From Nitrosopumilus sp. (GTDB lineage Archaea > Thermoproteota > Nitrososphaeria > Nitrososphaerales > Nitrosopumilaceae), in assembly GCA_965204345.1 (NCBI GenBank), contig OZ241981.1, positions 1,888,001 to 1,952,000 on the forward strand: a stretch of DNA of 64,000 nt, read 5' to 3'. The notes beneath the pieces were generated by a model. It did not search any database. It was not told the DNA's origin and saw nothing but the letters and a program-made list of their open reading frames with translations. Below are positions 50,653-60,791 of this stretch, one piece after another (position 1 is the stretch's first letter; every line of letters starts with the position of its first letter). Both the position numbers and the translations under genes were made by a program.

Positions 50653-51774
50653 GTGAATTTTACAAATTTTGATCTTGATCAGTTGTTTGCAATGAGCGAT
50701 GACTCTAATCCCTTGATGATGCTGGTTTGGATTTTACCGATAATTCTTTTTGTTTTTTACGGGCAACAGATCCAGTTATTTGTCACATCAAGGGAAATTA
50801 AAAAAAGCATCAAAAAATTAGACGGGTTTAGAGAAGGCTCTAGAGCCGAATTAATCAGTTATGTAAAAAATAACTTGGATCCTACGGGCAATCCTACAAA
50901 AAAAATTGATAAATTCTTGGATTATTTTACTATAATGCCCGTAGACATGGATCCTAATGGCATAGTTGACAAAGTCCAGCACACTGTGAGATCCAGAGAA
51001 GACTATACCAGAGAGCATGTTAAATCACTTTTGGCAGAAGTCAATGAGCTTGAACTGGCCAAGGTGCAAACTTTACTTGAAATTGCCTCTTCATTGCAGA
51101 TGATTTACAAAATAATTAACCACATGTTCCTAACTGCAAAAAAACAAAACAACTATCCTCTGATTTTGCCTTTACAGATGATTCTCCCCTTTATAATGGA
51201 GCAGGCAGAAGCCATGAAGGAAGCAATTCCCGCATTTAAAGCAGGCCAGCCTGTGGGGGACGGTATTGGTCCCATGGTTGTAGGAAAAATGATGCTAAAA
51301 CACAGCAAGGAAAAAATTGCATTTCAGACATCCCTTGCAAAGACTGATTTTGAAGACAGGCACTTGTTCTTACTAAAAGCTGAGGGTCCAAGTTCTACTG
51401 TGGGACGGCCAGCAGATGCCCTTCTGAGAATCGCCTCTAAAAACAAGCTTGATGCAATTATTATGATTGATGCTGCACTGAAAATGGAGGGTGAAGATTC
51501 TGCAACAATTGCCCAAGGCTTTGGTGCAGCTATTGGAGGCATTGGCACTGAAAGATTCCAAATTGAATCAGTAGGTGCCGCCAAAAACATACCGATATTT
51601 TCAATTGTAATCAAGCAATCTGTAAAGGAGGCAATAACTTTGATGACTAGGGATATTGCTGATACTGCCGATGATGTCAGGATGCAAGTTTATGATATGA
51701 TTCGAGAGAATACTGTTTCTGGCAACTCTGTAGTGATTGTCGGCGTAGGAAATACTTGTGGGGTGCCACAATGA
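50653..51774 (+). CDS. DUF1512-like conserved archaeal protein
   Basis: PVDMDPNG, PVGDGIGP, KAEGP..TVGRP, IDAALKMEGE and GVGNT.GV.Q. Confidence 0.75.
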   Translation: MNFTNFDLDQLFAMSDDSNPLMMLVWILPIILFVFYGQQIQLFVTSREIKKSIKKLDGFREGSRAELISYVKNNLDPTGNPTKKIDKFLDYFTIMPVDMDPNGIVDKVQHTVRSREDYTREHVKSLLAEVNELELAKVQTLLEIASSLQMIYKIINHMFLTAKKQNNYPLILPLQMILPFIMEQAEAMKEAIPAFKAGQPVGDGIGPMVVGKMMLKHSKEKIAFQTSLAKTDFEDRHLFLLKAEGPSSTVGRPADALLRIASKNKLDAIIMIDAALKMEGEDSATIAQGFGAAIGGIGTERFQIESVGAAKNIPIFSIVIKQSVKEAITLMTRDIADTADDVRMQVYDMIRENTVSGNSVVIVGVGNTCGVPQ

Positions 51775-51953
51775 TATTCTCAAAGAAGAAAATTACTATT
51801 GCATATACTGTGGAGCAATGTACAAAATGCGGTTCTATGAGCAAAAGAAAATTTCAAAAAGGCGATGTCTTATTTGCAGACACATCCAAATGTGCCTCCT
51901 GTAATGAGGCTGTTTGCATTGAGAAAATATTTGGCCAAACAACCGAACAATAA
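51771..51953 (+). CDS. Small Zn-ribbon protein
   Basis: CTKC..F..GD..CASC; overlaps the upstream stop. Confidence 0.7.
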   Translation: MIFSKKKITIAYTVEQCTKCGSMSKRKFQKGDVLFADTSKCASCNEAVCIEKIFGQTTEQ

Positions 51954-51961
51954 CTCTTGGA

Positions 51962-52075
51962 TCATTTTGTTCTATATTTTACGTTACAGCAAGGACAGAA
52001 CCATGAGACTGCCTCTCCCTGCTCTTTGAACATGAATCCTCTACATTTTGGACATGCCCTGACTTCTTCACTCAT
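51962..52075 (-). CDS. 37-aa Zn-finger microprotein (not in the ORF track)
   Basis: Hand translation: MSEEVRACPKCRGFMFKEQGEAVSWFCPCCNVKYRTK; lies directly downstream of map. Confidence 0.55.
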   Translation of the reverse strand: MSEEVRACPKCRGFMFKEQGEAVSWFCPCCNVKYRTK

Positions 52076-52099
52076 ACTTTTTCCTGGTGTTTTTTTGAG

Positions 52100-52996
52100 C
52101 TATTCTGCCTTGGTTGTGACTGTGACTCCTGTCTCACCTGGAATGAATGTGTGTTCTGCCTGAGCAACCCTTTGTTCGTTTACTTCTACAAGTACTGGAT
52201 ATGCCTGTACTGCCTTTTTCTTTACTAGAAAATCTAATAACTCCTTTCCCTTCTTTTCTTCCCATTCTTTTGCAATCCATCTTAGCGCAAATGGTAGCAT
52301 ATTGAAGTTTTCCCAGATAAAGTCTAGCAGTCTGTCTGCCTCTTCATTTTTTGTCTTCTTTCGTGAATTTAATGCAAAAATATTTTTTACTTGTCCGTTT
52401 CTCACAAATCCTCCGCCCTGCTCTGTTGTTACAAATGGTTCACATGCATAGGCTGAGTTTTCTGAAAGTGAAAATCCCCCAATTGACCAGATGTTTGGAA
52501 TTGACTTGCCTGCATGTATTGTGTACTGTTCTAGCGAGTGTCCGCTCAGATTTGCAATTGGCTTGAATCCCATTTTTTTAATTGTCGTCTCAATTGTTCG
52601 ACCCACATCACTTGCTTTGACTCCCGATTTTATCATGGACATTGCGTTTTCTAATGCTTCTTCTGCTGCTTGCACTAGCCCGTCAAACTGTGCATCATAA
52701 CATACTGTCACTGCCGTATCTGCAATGTATCCGTCAATCTGTGCGCCAAGATCAATTTTTACCAAATCCGTATCCCTGATTGTAATTGGGTCATTTGGCT
52801 CTGCCGTATAGTGAGCTGCAATTTCATTAATGCTTGCATTTACTGGAAATGCACATTTTGCACCCCTTTTCCTAATCTCTCCTTCTACTTCTTCACAAAT
52901 CTCAAAAACTGATTTGCCTATCCAGTCTTTTACTCTGACAATCTCTCTTACTTCTGCTGCAATTTTGCCAGCTTTGATGTATTGCTCTGTTTGCAC
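52100..52996 (-). CDS. map: Methionine aminopeptidase type II
   Basis: AAHYT, KIDLGAQIDGYIADTA, NLSGH, EPF and AQAEHT. Confidence 0.95.
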   Translation of the reverse strand: MQTEQYIKAGKIAAEVREIVRVKDWIGKSVFEICEEVEGEIRKRGAKCAFPVNASINEIAAHYTAEPNDPITIRDTDLVKIDLGAQIDGYIADTAVTVCYDAQFDGLVQAAEEALENAMSMIKSGVKASDVGRTIETTIKKMGFKPIANLSGHSLEQYTIHAGKSIPNIWSIGGFSLSENSAYACEPFVTTEQGGGFVRNGQVKNIFALNSRKKTKNEEADRLLDFIWENFNMLPFALRWIAKEWEEKKGKELLDFLVKKKAVQAYPVLVEVNEQRVAQAEHTFIPGETGVTVTTKAE

Positions 52997-53069
52997 GATT
53001 TCGATCGTAATTTTGCCTTTAAAATGATTATCTGTGAAGCTTAAATTTGGGCAATTCTTTGGATTTGTT

Positions 53070-53146
53070 GGGATTGTGGTCTAGCTTGGTATGATTCTGC
53101 GTTTGGGACGCAGAGGTCGGGAATTCAAATTTCCCCAATCCCACCA
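53070..53146 (+). tRNA. tRNA-Pro (TGG), CCA encoded
   Basis: GGGATTG/CAATCCC acceptor stem, anticodon arm CTGCG-TT-TGG-GA-CGCAG; ends ACCA. Confidence 0.93.
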
Positions 53147-53591
53147 TTTCATTATCTTATTATCAAATTGCATCCTAATCTAACTGCCGAGCAATGAAGA
53201 AGAGTTAGAGTAATGACCTTGGTATGAAGAAACTAATCGAGTCTGAGCTCCGGCTTTTTTTTATCAATTATCTGATTTTTGACCTTATTGAAATCTCAAA
53301 AATACAGGATGACTAGCTGCTGGACTCTTGTTTGTGATTGGCTTGTACCTTTCTGTTGCTGTACGAGTATTTTGAAATCAAAGTGTCTGTGGATAGATGT
53401 ACACAACCAATCAAAAGTGATGTGGGTTAGGTTTGTTGGAGTATATTCTAACAGTTCCATAGAAACTGCCTAACTGACCATTCTGAAGAATGATTTCTAC
53501 GTATGCCTTAATACTGAAAAACAAGGTTAATTTTTGATGTTTTTAAGATATCTGACTTTAACTATTAGCTCAACTTTTCCTCAATCCCCTT

Positions 53592-54101
53592 CTAAAATGA
53601 CACGTTGAAATTATCGCCGGTATTTTTCTCAATTATCCAAAAATATCTTTTATCTAGCATCTCTCCTAACACCTCTGTTGCCTCGTGTCTTACCAGTTCT
53701 GCCGGGTCACGTAGTGCCGCATATGCTAGTACGTGTGCCAATTCTGGATTATCGCTTCTAATCAGAATAAAACACGCCTCGTGCCTGATATGGGCATCAC
53801 TGTCATTTAGCAAAAGCCATTGGCCCATCATCTCAATGTGGTTTCGTATCAGATGGCCTTTGGGGTATTCCTTGATTAAATCTTGCATGACCCATACTGC
53901 CTCATTTCTGATGGACTCGTCTGGATGCACGATAAATTTTTTGCAAAATTCCAGCCTGTCCTCGCCTGAGAGTGTCTGTGCATATCTCTGGTCTATTTTG
54001 GAATCTGATATGGAATCAAATTTGGATGAGGTATCTTTTATGACAGTTATCTTGTTTTGGTCAACAACCATGCATCTGCCTGGTGCAAACTTTTCAGCCA
54101 T
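53592..54101 (-). CDS. HEAT/PBS-lyase repeat protein, possibly C-terminally truncated
   Basis: Repeats DESIRNEAVW, DAHIRHEACF and AELVRHEATEVLG. Confidence 0.75.
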   Translation of the reverse strand: MAEKFAPGRCMVVDQNKITVIKDTSSKFDSISDSKIDQRYAQTLSGEDRLEFCKKFIVHPDESIRNEAVWVMQDLIKEYPKGHLIRNHIEMMGQWLLLNDSDAHIRHEACFILIRSDNPELAHVLAYAALRDPAELVRHEATEVLGEMLDKRYFWIIEKNTGDNFNVSF

Positions 54102-54192
54102 GTCAGATTAACTGCCACAAATACAATTTAATGGATTTGGTATATTTTGGTTATCTGATCACTGGAATTTGACAATTTATTGCCAGGATGCA
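53958..54192 (-). repeat. 235-bp repeat, inverted copy of 49404-49638
   Basis: Covers the upstream region and first ~48 codons of the HEAT gene. Confidence 0.9.
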
Positions 54193-54207
54193 TCTTGGCG
54201 GTTTTTT

Positions 54208-54924
54208 CTAATCAATATCAAGAATTCTCAACTTGTGATCATCTTGAACAAAATAGAAACTGTAGGTGTTTTTATCAAGGGATTCAAATGTTCCCCCGCC
54301 AAAAGATAAAATTAGATCATCATAAAAAAATTCATCAAACCTTATGCTGTCAGGTATGCCCTGTCTCTCAATGAAATCAGTATGATTAGCCAACAAATCA
54401 ATGAACCTAGGGGTTGCTGAGAAATAAGTTGGTGATGCAACTTCCTCACCAGTTTCTACATTTTCAATAGAAAAATGCCTAAAACCAACTGAGCTTACTT
54501 GATAGTTAAAATTGTAGTCTACATTGTTATGTCCAATAAAAGTTCCATTACCATAAAATATTGGGGGATCTATGTCGATTCCACCCAATATCCTGGCAGT
54601 AATGCTATCAGGTATGCCACCAACTGAAATTAGTCCAGGCATGTGAATTGCACGCTCTTTTACTATCTCCTTTTTGTCATAGTCTGTATAGGGATCACGA
54701 TCTGTAAAACTTTTTATTTTCCAAAAGGCATACCTGCCATCGCCCCATCCTTTTTCAACTAATTTATCAAATGTGTCTTCAGTAACACAGTATATCTCGC
54801 GTGTTTTAAATTTTATAATCTCTTTTTTATCACCACATGCAATTGCAAAAGATTCATCGATGGCTGTAACGCCAACAACTACCGCAATTATCAACAAACC
54901 TGGCAATAATATGGACTGCATCAT
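54208..54924 (-). CDS. Secreted protein with C-x~15-CV..T..KL...GW motif
   Basis: Signal peptide; ACGDKKEIIKFKTREIYCVTEDTFDKLVEKGWG. Confidence 0.75.
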   Translation of the reverse strand: MMQSILLPGLLIIAVVVGVTAIDESFAIACGDKKEIIKFKTREIYCVTEDTFDKLVEKGWGDGRYAFWKIKSFTDRDPYTDYDKKEIVKERAIHMPGLISVGGIPDSITARILGGIDIDPPIFYGNGTFIGHNNVDYNFNYQVSSVGFRHFSIENVETGEEVASPTYFSATPRFIDLLANHTDFIERQGIPDSIRFDEFFYDDLILSFGGGTFESLDKNTYSFYFVQDDHKLRILDID

Positions 54925-55069
54925 ACTTCAAAAATTACACTCATATTAAAACAAGACGTAGGATTCACACTATAATATAAAAAATAACAGAGAAGAAGGG
55001 GTTGCTCATTGCAGTAATTCTTTTGCTCCTGTACGGTAAACTGATACTGCTTTATGTCTGCTACATTGC

Positions 55070-58000
55070 TCATCGCAGTCGCAGTAATTCCTTTGCGTCA
55101 TCCCAAGGAGTAAATACTCTGAAATAACCTACATCACCATCATCATTGTTACGGCAAAGACCTGGATGGTCTCTTATGTCAAATGATGTTGTATGAGTTG
55201 GTTGTATCGCATCAAAGAAACAGGTATAGCCCTGATGCAGGCCCACAAGTTTGTTTACATTATTTTCGACAAATATTATTGGAGCACCGCTATCACCATT
55301 TCTGCTAGGATAATTTGTTAATACTTGATTGGTAAGTACGCCATTGCCACTGTCAAAGATGGTTGCATCTGTGTACAAGACTGAACCTCCACCATTGTTT
55401 CTTATTCCATAGATGTTTACCTTAGAACCTGTTGATAGCGATGCTGATGTACCCTGTTCTACAATTACAAAAGCACCGTCATGTTTTATGATTTGATCTT
55501 GTGATACTTGGATGTCGGATTCAGTTATTGGTACAAAACCTACATCACCAATACCATTCAAATGATATTCCGCAGTAGTAGTTGCAAGCCTTCTTTTTTC
55601 TTCACCTATGAAATATCCGTCAATTGTGGTATTCGGTTCAATTTCAAGTTGATGGCCTGATGTTACAAAGCCCACCTGTCCGTTTGTTTTTGTTGCACCA
55701 ATGGTAATTGTACTATCTCTGATATCAATACCGCCAATCCTCTTTTCAATTTGCTTTGTAGTTTGTTGACCACCATAATATATCGTACCCGTTGGTTCTG
55801 GCACTTCTGGGCAACCACGGTTGGTTGCACTTGCCTCATTTGGACAGTTGTCAATTCCGTCATGGTATCCGTCACCGTCAGTGTCTGGATTAAAAGTTCC
55901 TGATCTTGGGTGTATGGTTATGGTAAAGCTGGCAGTTGATGGGTTGTTTGCAGCATCTCTTGCCGTACACGTTACCGTTGTTATGCCAATTGGGAAGAAT
56001 CCCGTATCATGGTTGCATGATGGCACAATAGTGCCATCTGCATCATCCACAGCAGTTACCCTAAACTCGATATATTTGACAATGCCTGCCCTGATTTTAG
56101 ATACAATGTCATCAGGCACCGTAATCACAGGCGGTGTGGTATCAGGACATCCCCTTAGTTTTACCGGTCCCGGTGTTTGTGGGCAATTATCTGACCTGTC
56201 TGGCACGCCATCACCATCAGAATCTAGTGGTACAGGTGGTGGAACAGGCATACTTGACGTGCTCTTAATTATCACATCATCAATTCCCACCTCCTCATGA
56301 GAAGAACTCATGGATGCCGTAAAGCGCACATTAAATGTATCAGACCTGTAGGCATTCAGGTCGTATTTCTCAGCATGCCATGCGTCATCATTATCGCCAT
56401 TCTCATCAGTCCAAAAGTCAAGCTGCCTCCAGGTGTTTCCGTTGGTTGTAACTTCTACTTTGAGATGCTCACCATGTTCATCATAGCTATCCAATGACCT
56501 GTCAACATATCTCCAAAACTCCAGTGTCGGGTTTTTCAGGTTTGAGATGTTAATTGGCTCTGATATGGTTATGGTGCAAAGCGAATGGCAGTCGTCAGCC
56601 TCTGCAACCTTGTTGCTGCTTGGATGGTCTGGAGGCAGCCGGTATTCATCAAAACTATCTGCCCTCCAGTCCGGCTCGTTTGTACTTGTCCACTTGTTTA
56701 GTGTACCGTCCTCAAAGTCATCTGAAAATACAACAGCATTGTCAGTAGATGCCGAGTTCTGAATCGACATGTTATCTATCATTATATTTTCACTAAATGC
56801 ACTACTGCGTGCTGTTATGCGCACCTGTAGATCATCTATTTGATATTCAGGTGACAGCTTGTATGATTCAGTATGCCATTTATGGTCATTGTCACTTGTA
56901 GATGGCCGCCAGTCAAATATCATATCCCATGATGAGCCATCATACAGCTCGACTTTGAGATATTCACCGGCATCCAGTTCAGAGCTAACAAACCTGTCAA
57001 ATGTGAGATGGCCTGACTGTCGGGAGGACAGATCCACGGGAGATAGCGTGATTGTGCATGTTCTATCACAGTTTGAGGAATAAGCTACCGTGTTGCCTGA
57101 CTGGCTGCCCGGTACTGCAGTAGATGGGGTGCGAATTATCCAGTTAGAGTCTCCGCTCTGAGTCCAGTTCTCCAGATTTCCAAAATCCTCAGATATTGTA
57201 GTTGGGGTGGTTGGTGGCGGTGGCGTCAGCATAATAGGATTGGTACTTGCCAGTGCAAAGTCTTGTACCGGCTTGTTTATGTTATCAATGTTAGAGCCGC
57301 TAACTGTTATGGTATATGTTCCAGTAATAGTAGGGTTAAACACTGCAAACTCGTTTGTCTGGTGGTCTGATGTTGCCCGTATTATTGTATTATCCGGAGA
57401 AGTTACTGTAAAATCCAAATTCGCAATTGGTACTGGTATATGTGTACGTGACAACTGTCCGTCTATGCTGCCATGCGGATGAACCAGCCATGACAGTATC
57501 ACTTTGACTGGCTTTGATGTGTCCTGTACTGTAAACCAATACTGCTTTGTGTCAGTATTTGACACAAGACGGTCTGATATTATGTGGGATGGTGCATTGT
57601 TAACATACCTGAGTGATTCAGCAGCATCTAGTATGCCAAATCCTACGTTATTGAGTATTTGAAGGGATGATGCCTCATTATTTGCAATAGTTATATCTGC
57701 TGGCTGCCTTGCGTGGGAACAGTTGTCCCTTGGATTAACTTGCTCGTATTGGGCTGACGTGCATGGTATCGGACCCATCCAGTTGGCACCCAAGAAAAGG
57801 GCAGCCTTTAGCTCAACAGGAGTCATCTCAGGCTTTAACTGCATCATAAGGGCAGTGACTCCACTTACCTCAGATGCCGCAAAGCTGCTTCCACCTCGAA
57901 TAAAAGTGTCAGTTGCTGCAACAGAGTTCAATACTTGAATGGCCGCTGTTGGTGCAACCAGCTCAGGCTTTAGTAATACAGTTCCTGGTGCAGGACCCCT

Positions 58001-59200
58001 ACTCGAATAGCCTGCTATTGCTGGCATACCATCAGCATTGCTCTTTATTACACCTACGGTAATTTCATTGTGTCCGCATCCGGGATGAGTTATTGACTGA
58101 AAAGCTGTCCCTCTTGCTATTCCGTTCTCATAAAGCATGCCCCTGTTTCCAGCTGCTGATACTGCAACCATTCCCTTGTCAACTGCCTCATTTGTGATCA
58201 GACTAATCGTGTTTGCATGGCTTGCACGACAGATTCCAAAACCAAAGCTCATGTTTGCTATGTCTGCTCCGTTATTAAAAGACCAATCAAGGGCATGTAC
58301 CACGTCTCTTGCATGTGTCTTGACAAAGACATGTTTGTTCTGACTATCCAAGCCGTGTCTTCCAATTGAGGCATCCAAAAGATTCACACCCGGTGCAATG
58401 CCGTTGTGGGCTGGCAGTCCTGATGCAGCAATGACCTGGGCTATCCACGTACCGTGGGATGGAAAGGCAGAAGAGACCGCTCCGTTATTGAATCCTACCA
58501 CGCTGGCAGCAGTTGCAGGACTACACATACCATTACTGCACTCTACACGGTCCGTGATTCTGTTGTTAAATGCGATGTTGTGGTTTATACCACTGTCAAT
58601 TACTGCCACAGCAACCCCGCGACCATCAAGATTGGTGCCTGCTGCAGTACGAATATTGTTTGGAGTTGCATGTATGGTTTCCCTAGATTTATCAACTTCC
58701 AGAGTTACGGGAGTTTCGCCATCTCCCATGGCATATACCTCGTCATAAAGTGAGAGTCCCGGAACTTTTGCAATTGGGATGGATGCAGTTACAAATGAGA
58801 GTGACTCGGCAGCCTCTATGTTGCGTGCACCAAGAAGATCAAGTTTCTCTACTATCGTATCCTTGTTCTCGCGTGCTGTCTCATCTGCATCTATACCATC
58901 ATCACTTCTGGCCACTACAATTGTGACATCATAGTATCGTGTGCCGTCATGTACGCCATAGTCGCCATCCTGGGGTACCTCAAATATGAGACCCTGGATT
59001 TTATCATAAAAACCTCCATCAAACTTGGATGGTATATCCACGTTTGCAGCAGAATCTGGGGAATTGTCACCTGGAATAAGATTGCCTGGCACTTCAAACT
59101 ATGCATTCTCATCATCAGTCTGGGATGCAGAATCCAGTGGATACGCAAATAAAAAAACTAGTGAAAAAACTATGATCGGTAACGTAATTTTTGCATTCAA
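55070..59200 (-). CDS. Multidomain secreted protease: S8 subtilase, beta-sandwich domains, TSP3/HYR-like repeats and a C-terminal S1 (chymotrypsin-like) domain; in-frame TAG at 59099-59101 after the signal peptide
   Basis: S8 triad VAVIDSG, SHGTW, GSSFAA with oxyanion AAGN. DSDGDGVPDRSDNCP repeats. S1 triad VTSGH, GDVGFV, GDSGAP. Upstream in-frame leader (TTG)NAKITLPIIVFSLVFLFAYPLDSASQ. Confidence 0.85.
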
Positions 59201-59300
59201 GATAGACTATGATCATTACTGTAGTTATTATCCTTATTGGTAGTCATCCTGACTGAATAAGTCAGGCATTGCTTGTATTGACTCTTAGGCAGAAGAAGAC

Positions 59301-59414
59301 TCAAAACATCTTAAATCATATCTAACTGCCTTTTTCACCTTATTATGTTGAAGCAAAACCTCCCGGCTTTGATCAAAACATCTTAAATCATATCTAACTG
59401 CCTTTTTCACCTTA
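59301..59414. repeat. 42-bp direct repeat (59301-59342, 59373-59414) around 30 unique bp, period 72
   Basis: TCAAAACATCTTAAATCATATCTAACTGCCTTTTTCACCTTA occurs twice. Confidence 0.92.
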
Positions 59415-59521
59415 ATTGCTGTGCCTTCATTACTTGTGTCCAAATCAGACAACCAGTAGTGTAGCAGTGTATGATATGATATTTGCAATAATCAGGTGTT
59501 CATCTACACATGTGAAATACT

Positions 59522-60145
59522 CTAAGGAAGTGTCAAAGATGGAGCCTGCCACATGTTGTTAGAATCCAACGTATAGCCAAGCATCTCTAAATTATCTGTC
59601 AATGCACTGCACAAACCATTTGTTGTTGGCAATATACATCTGAGTTCATACAATGATATAGCTGTGTCTATCTGTGTTGGCAAATCATCTGCATGGCTTT
59701 CGGGAATGAATACTCCAAACTCTATGCGAATTGACAGTTCCTCGGTTCCCAAAACATCCTCAATGTCTCCTGCATCTGGATATATTCCAAGACTTGGCAG
59801 TATTGGATCAAGCATCACAACTAGCTCTTCTGTCTCCTCATCGACAAAAGTTGCAGTAAATACCAGCTCATCAGCTATGGCATAATTGCCTTCTGAATGA
59901 TCTATCATGATGTTGGTAATGGTGCTATGGCCTTTATACAGCTCATTTACAGTTCCAACCGGTCCCACCGTGCCGTTATCGTCATTTATGACATCAAGAT
60001 TGCTCTTCTCTGAATTATCCTCGTTTACTAGCTGTGCAAAACTGATTCCTACTGGAACAATCAACAATACTGCAAAAATAGTTATTATTGTCTTGGCTGA
60101 AACCATTACAATATTATATTTGGGGTTTAATATAAGATAGATCAT
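59522..60145 (-). CDS. Secreted acidic protein, possibly a truncated protease prodomain
   Basis: Signal peptide (..VGISFAQ); LVVMLDP segment resembles MIVMVDP of the ORF at 63059. Confidence 0.6.
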   Translation of the reverse strand: MIYLILNPKYNIVMVSAKTIITIFAVLLIVPVGISFAQLVNEDNSEKSNLDVINDDNGTVGPVGTVNELYKGHSTITNIMIDHSEGNYAIADELVFTATFVDEETEELVVMLDPILPSLGIYPDAGDIEDVLGTEELSIRIEFGVFIPESHADDLPTQIDTAISLYELRCILPTTNGLCSALTDNLEMLGYTLDSNNMWQAPSLTLP

Positions 60146-60278
60146 TGTCAGGTTATCGGAATCTAGGTTGAATTTTCCTTGTAAAATGAGGCATTTTGCA
60201 TGATGAGGGTATTCTGCTCATTCTGGCCATCCGCCTCTGCCAGTCCTGAGATATCCCGAGATTTTACAAAAGTCATTT

Positions 60279-60791
60279 CTATCTCTTATCTTCAAACTCT
60301 ATTTCAAGGTCAAGGTTTCGGGCATTTCTGACTATTTGCACCACTTTCTCTATATCAATTGGAAATTTTGGGGTCCATTTGCCTGAAACAACCGCCCTTG
60401 TAATTGGAATTTCACTTGATACCCACACTGCATTAACTGATAAAATCCTGATTGGAAAAAACAGATCCTCAATGAATCTTTTGTCGGTTTCATCGGCTTC
60501 TACCAGCCAAATTTTGCCATTGAACTGCTCTTGCAATATGCGGTATAGCGTGCGACTCTTTCTGATTATCATGATGTCGTATGCTGCCAAGGATAAAACA
60601 AAATTTCCATCAAATTCCCTGCATGAGTATAGCGTAAAATTATCGATCTCTTTGTTTGATTTTGCAATGTTTGCAATATTCATTGATGCCTCGACATCTG
60701 CCTTTGTTAGTATCCCTGACTCTACTTTGCTCTCACACTGAGGACATAGCACCGAATTTTTTGCATCAAAGCCACAAATTGGAAGTTTCAT
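60279..60791 (-). CDS. Archaeal NusA-like protein with N-terminal Zn motif
   Basis: PICxFD....LCPQC N-terminus followed by a KH-like region; typical of TACK archaea. Confidence 0.6.
   Translation of the reverse strand: MKLPICGFDAKNSVLCPQCESKVESGILTKADVEASMNIANIAKSNKEIDNFTLYSCREFDGNFVLSLAAYDIMIIRKSRTLYRILQEQFNGKIWLVEADETDKRFIEDLFFPIRILSVNAVWVSSEIPITRAVVSGKWTPKFPIDIEKVVQIVRNARNLDLEIEFEDKR

Noticed and set aside
59099-59101. Pyrrolysine recoding of the TAG
   Set aside because: No pyl genes in the window, and many genes here end in TAG.
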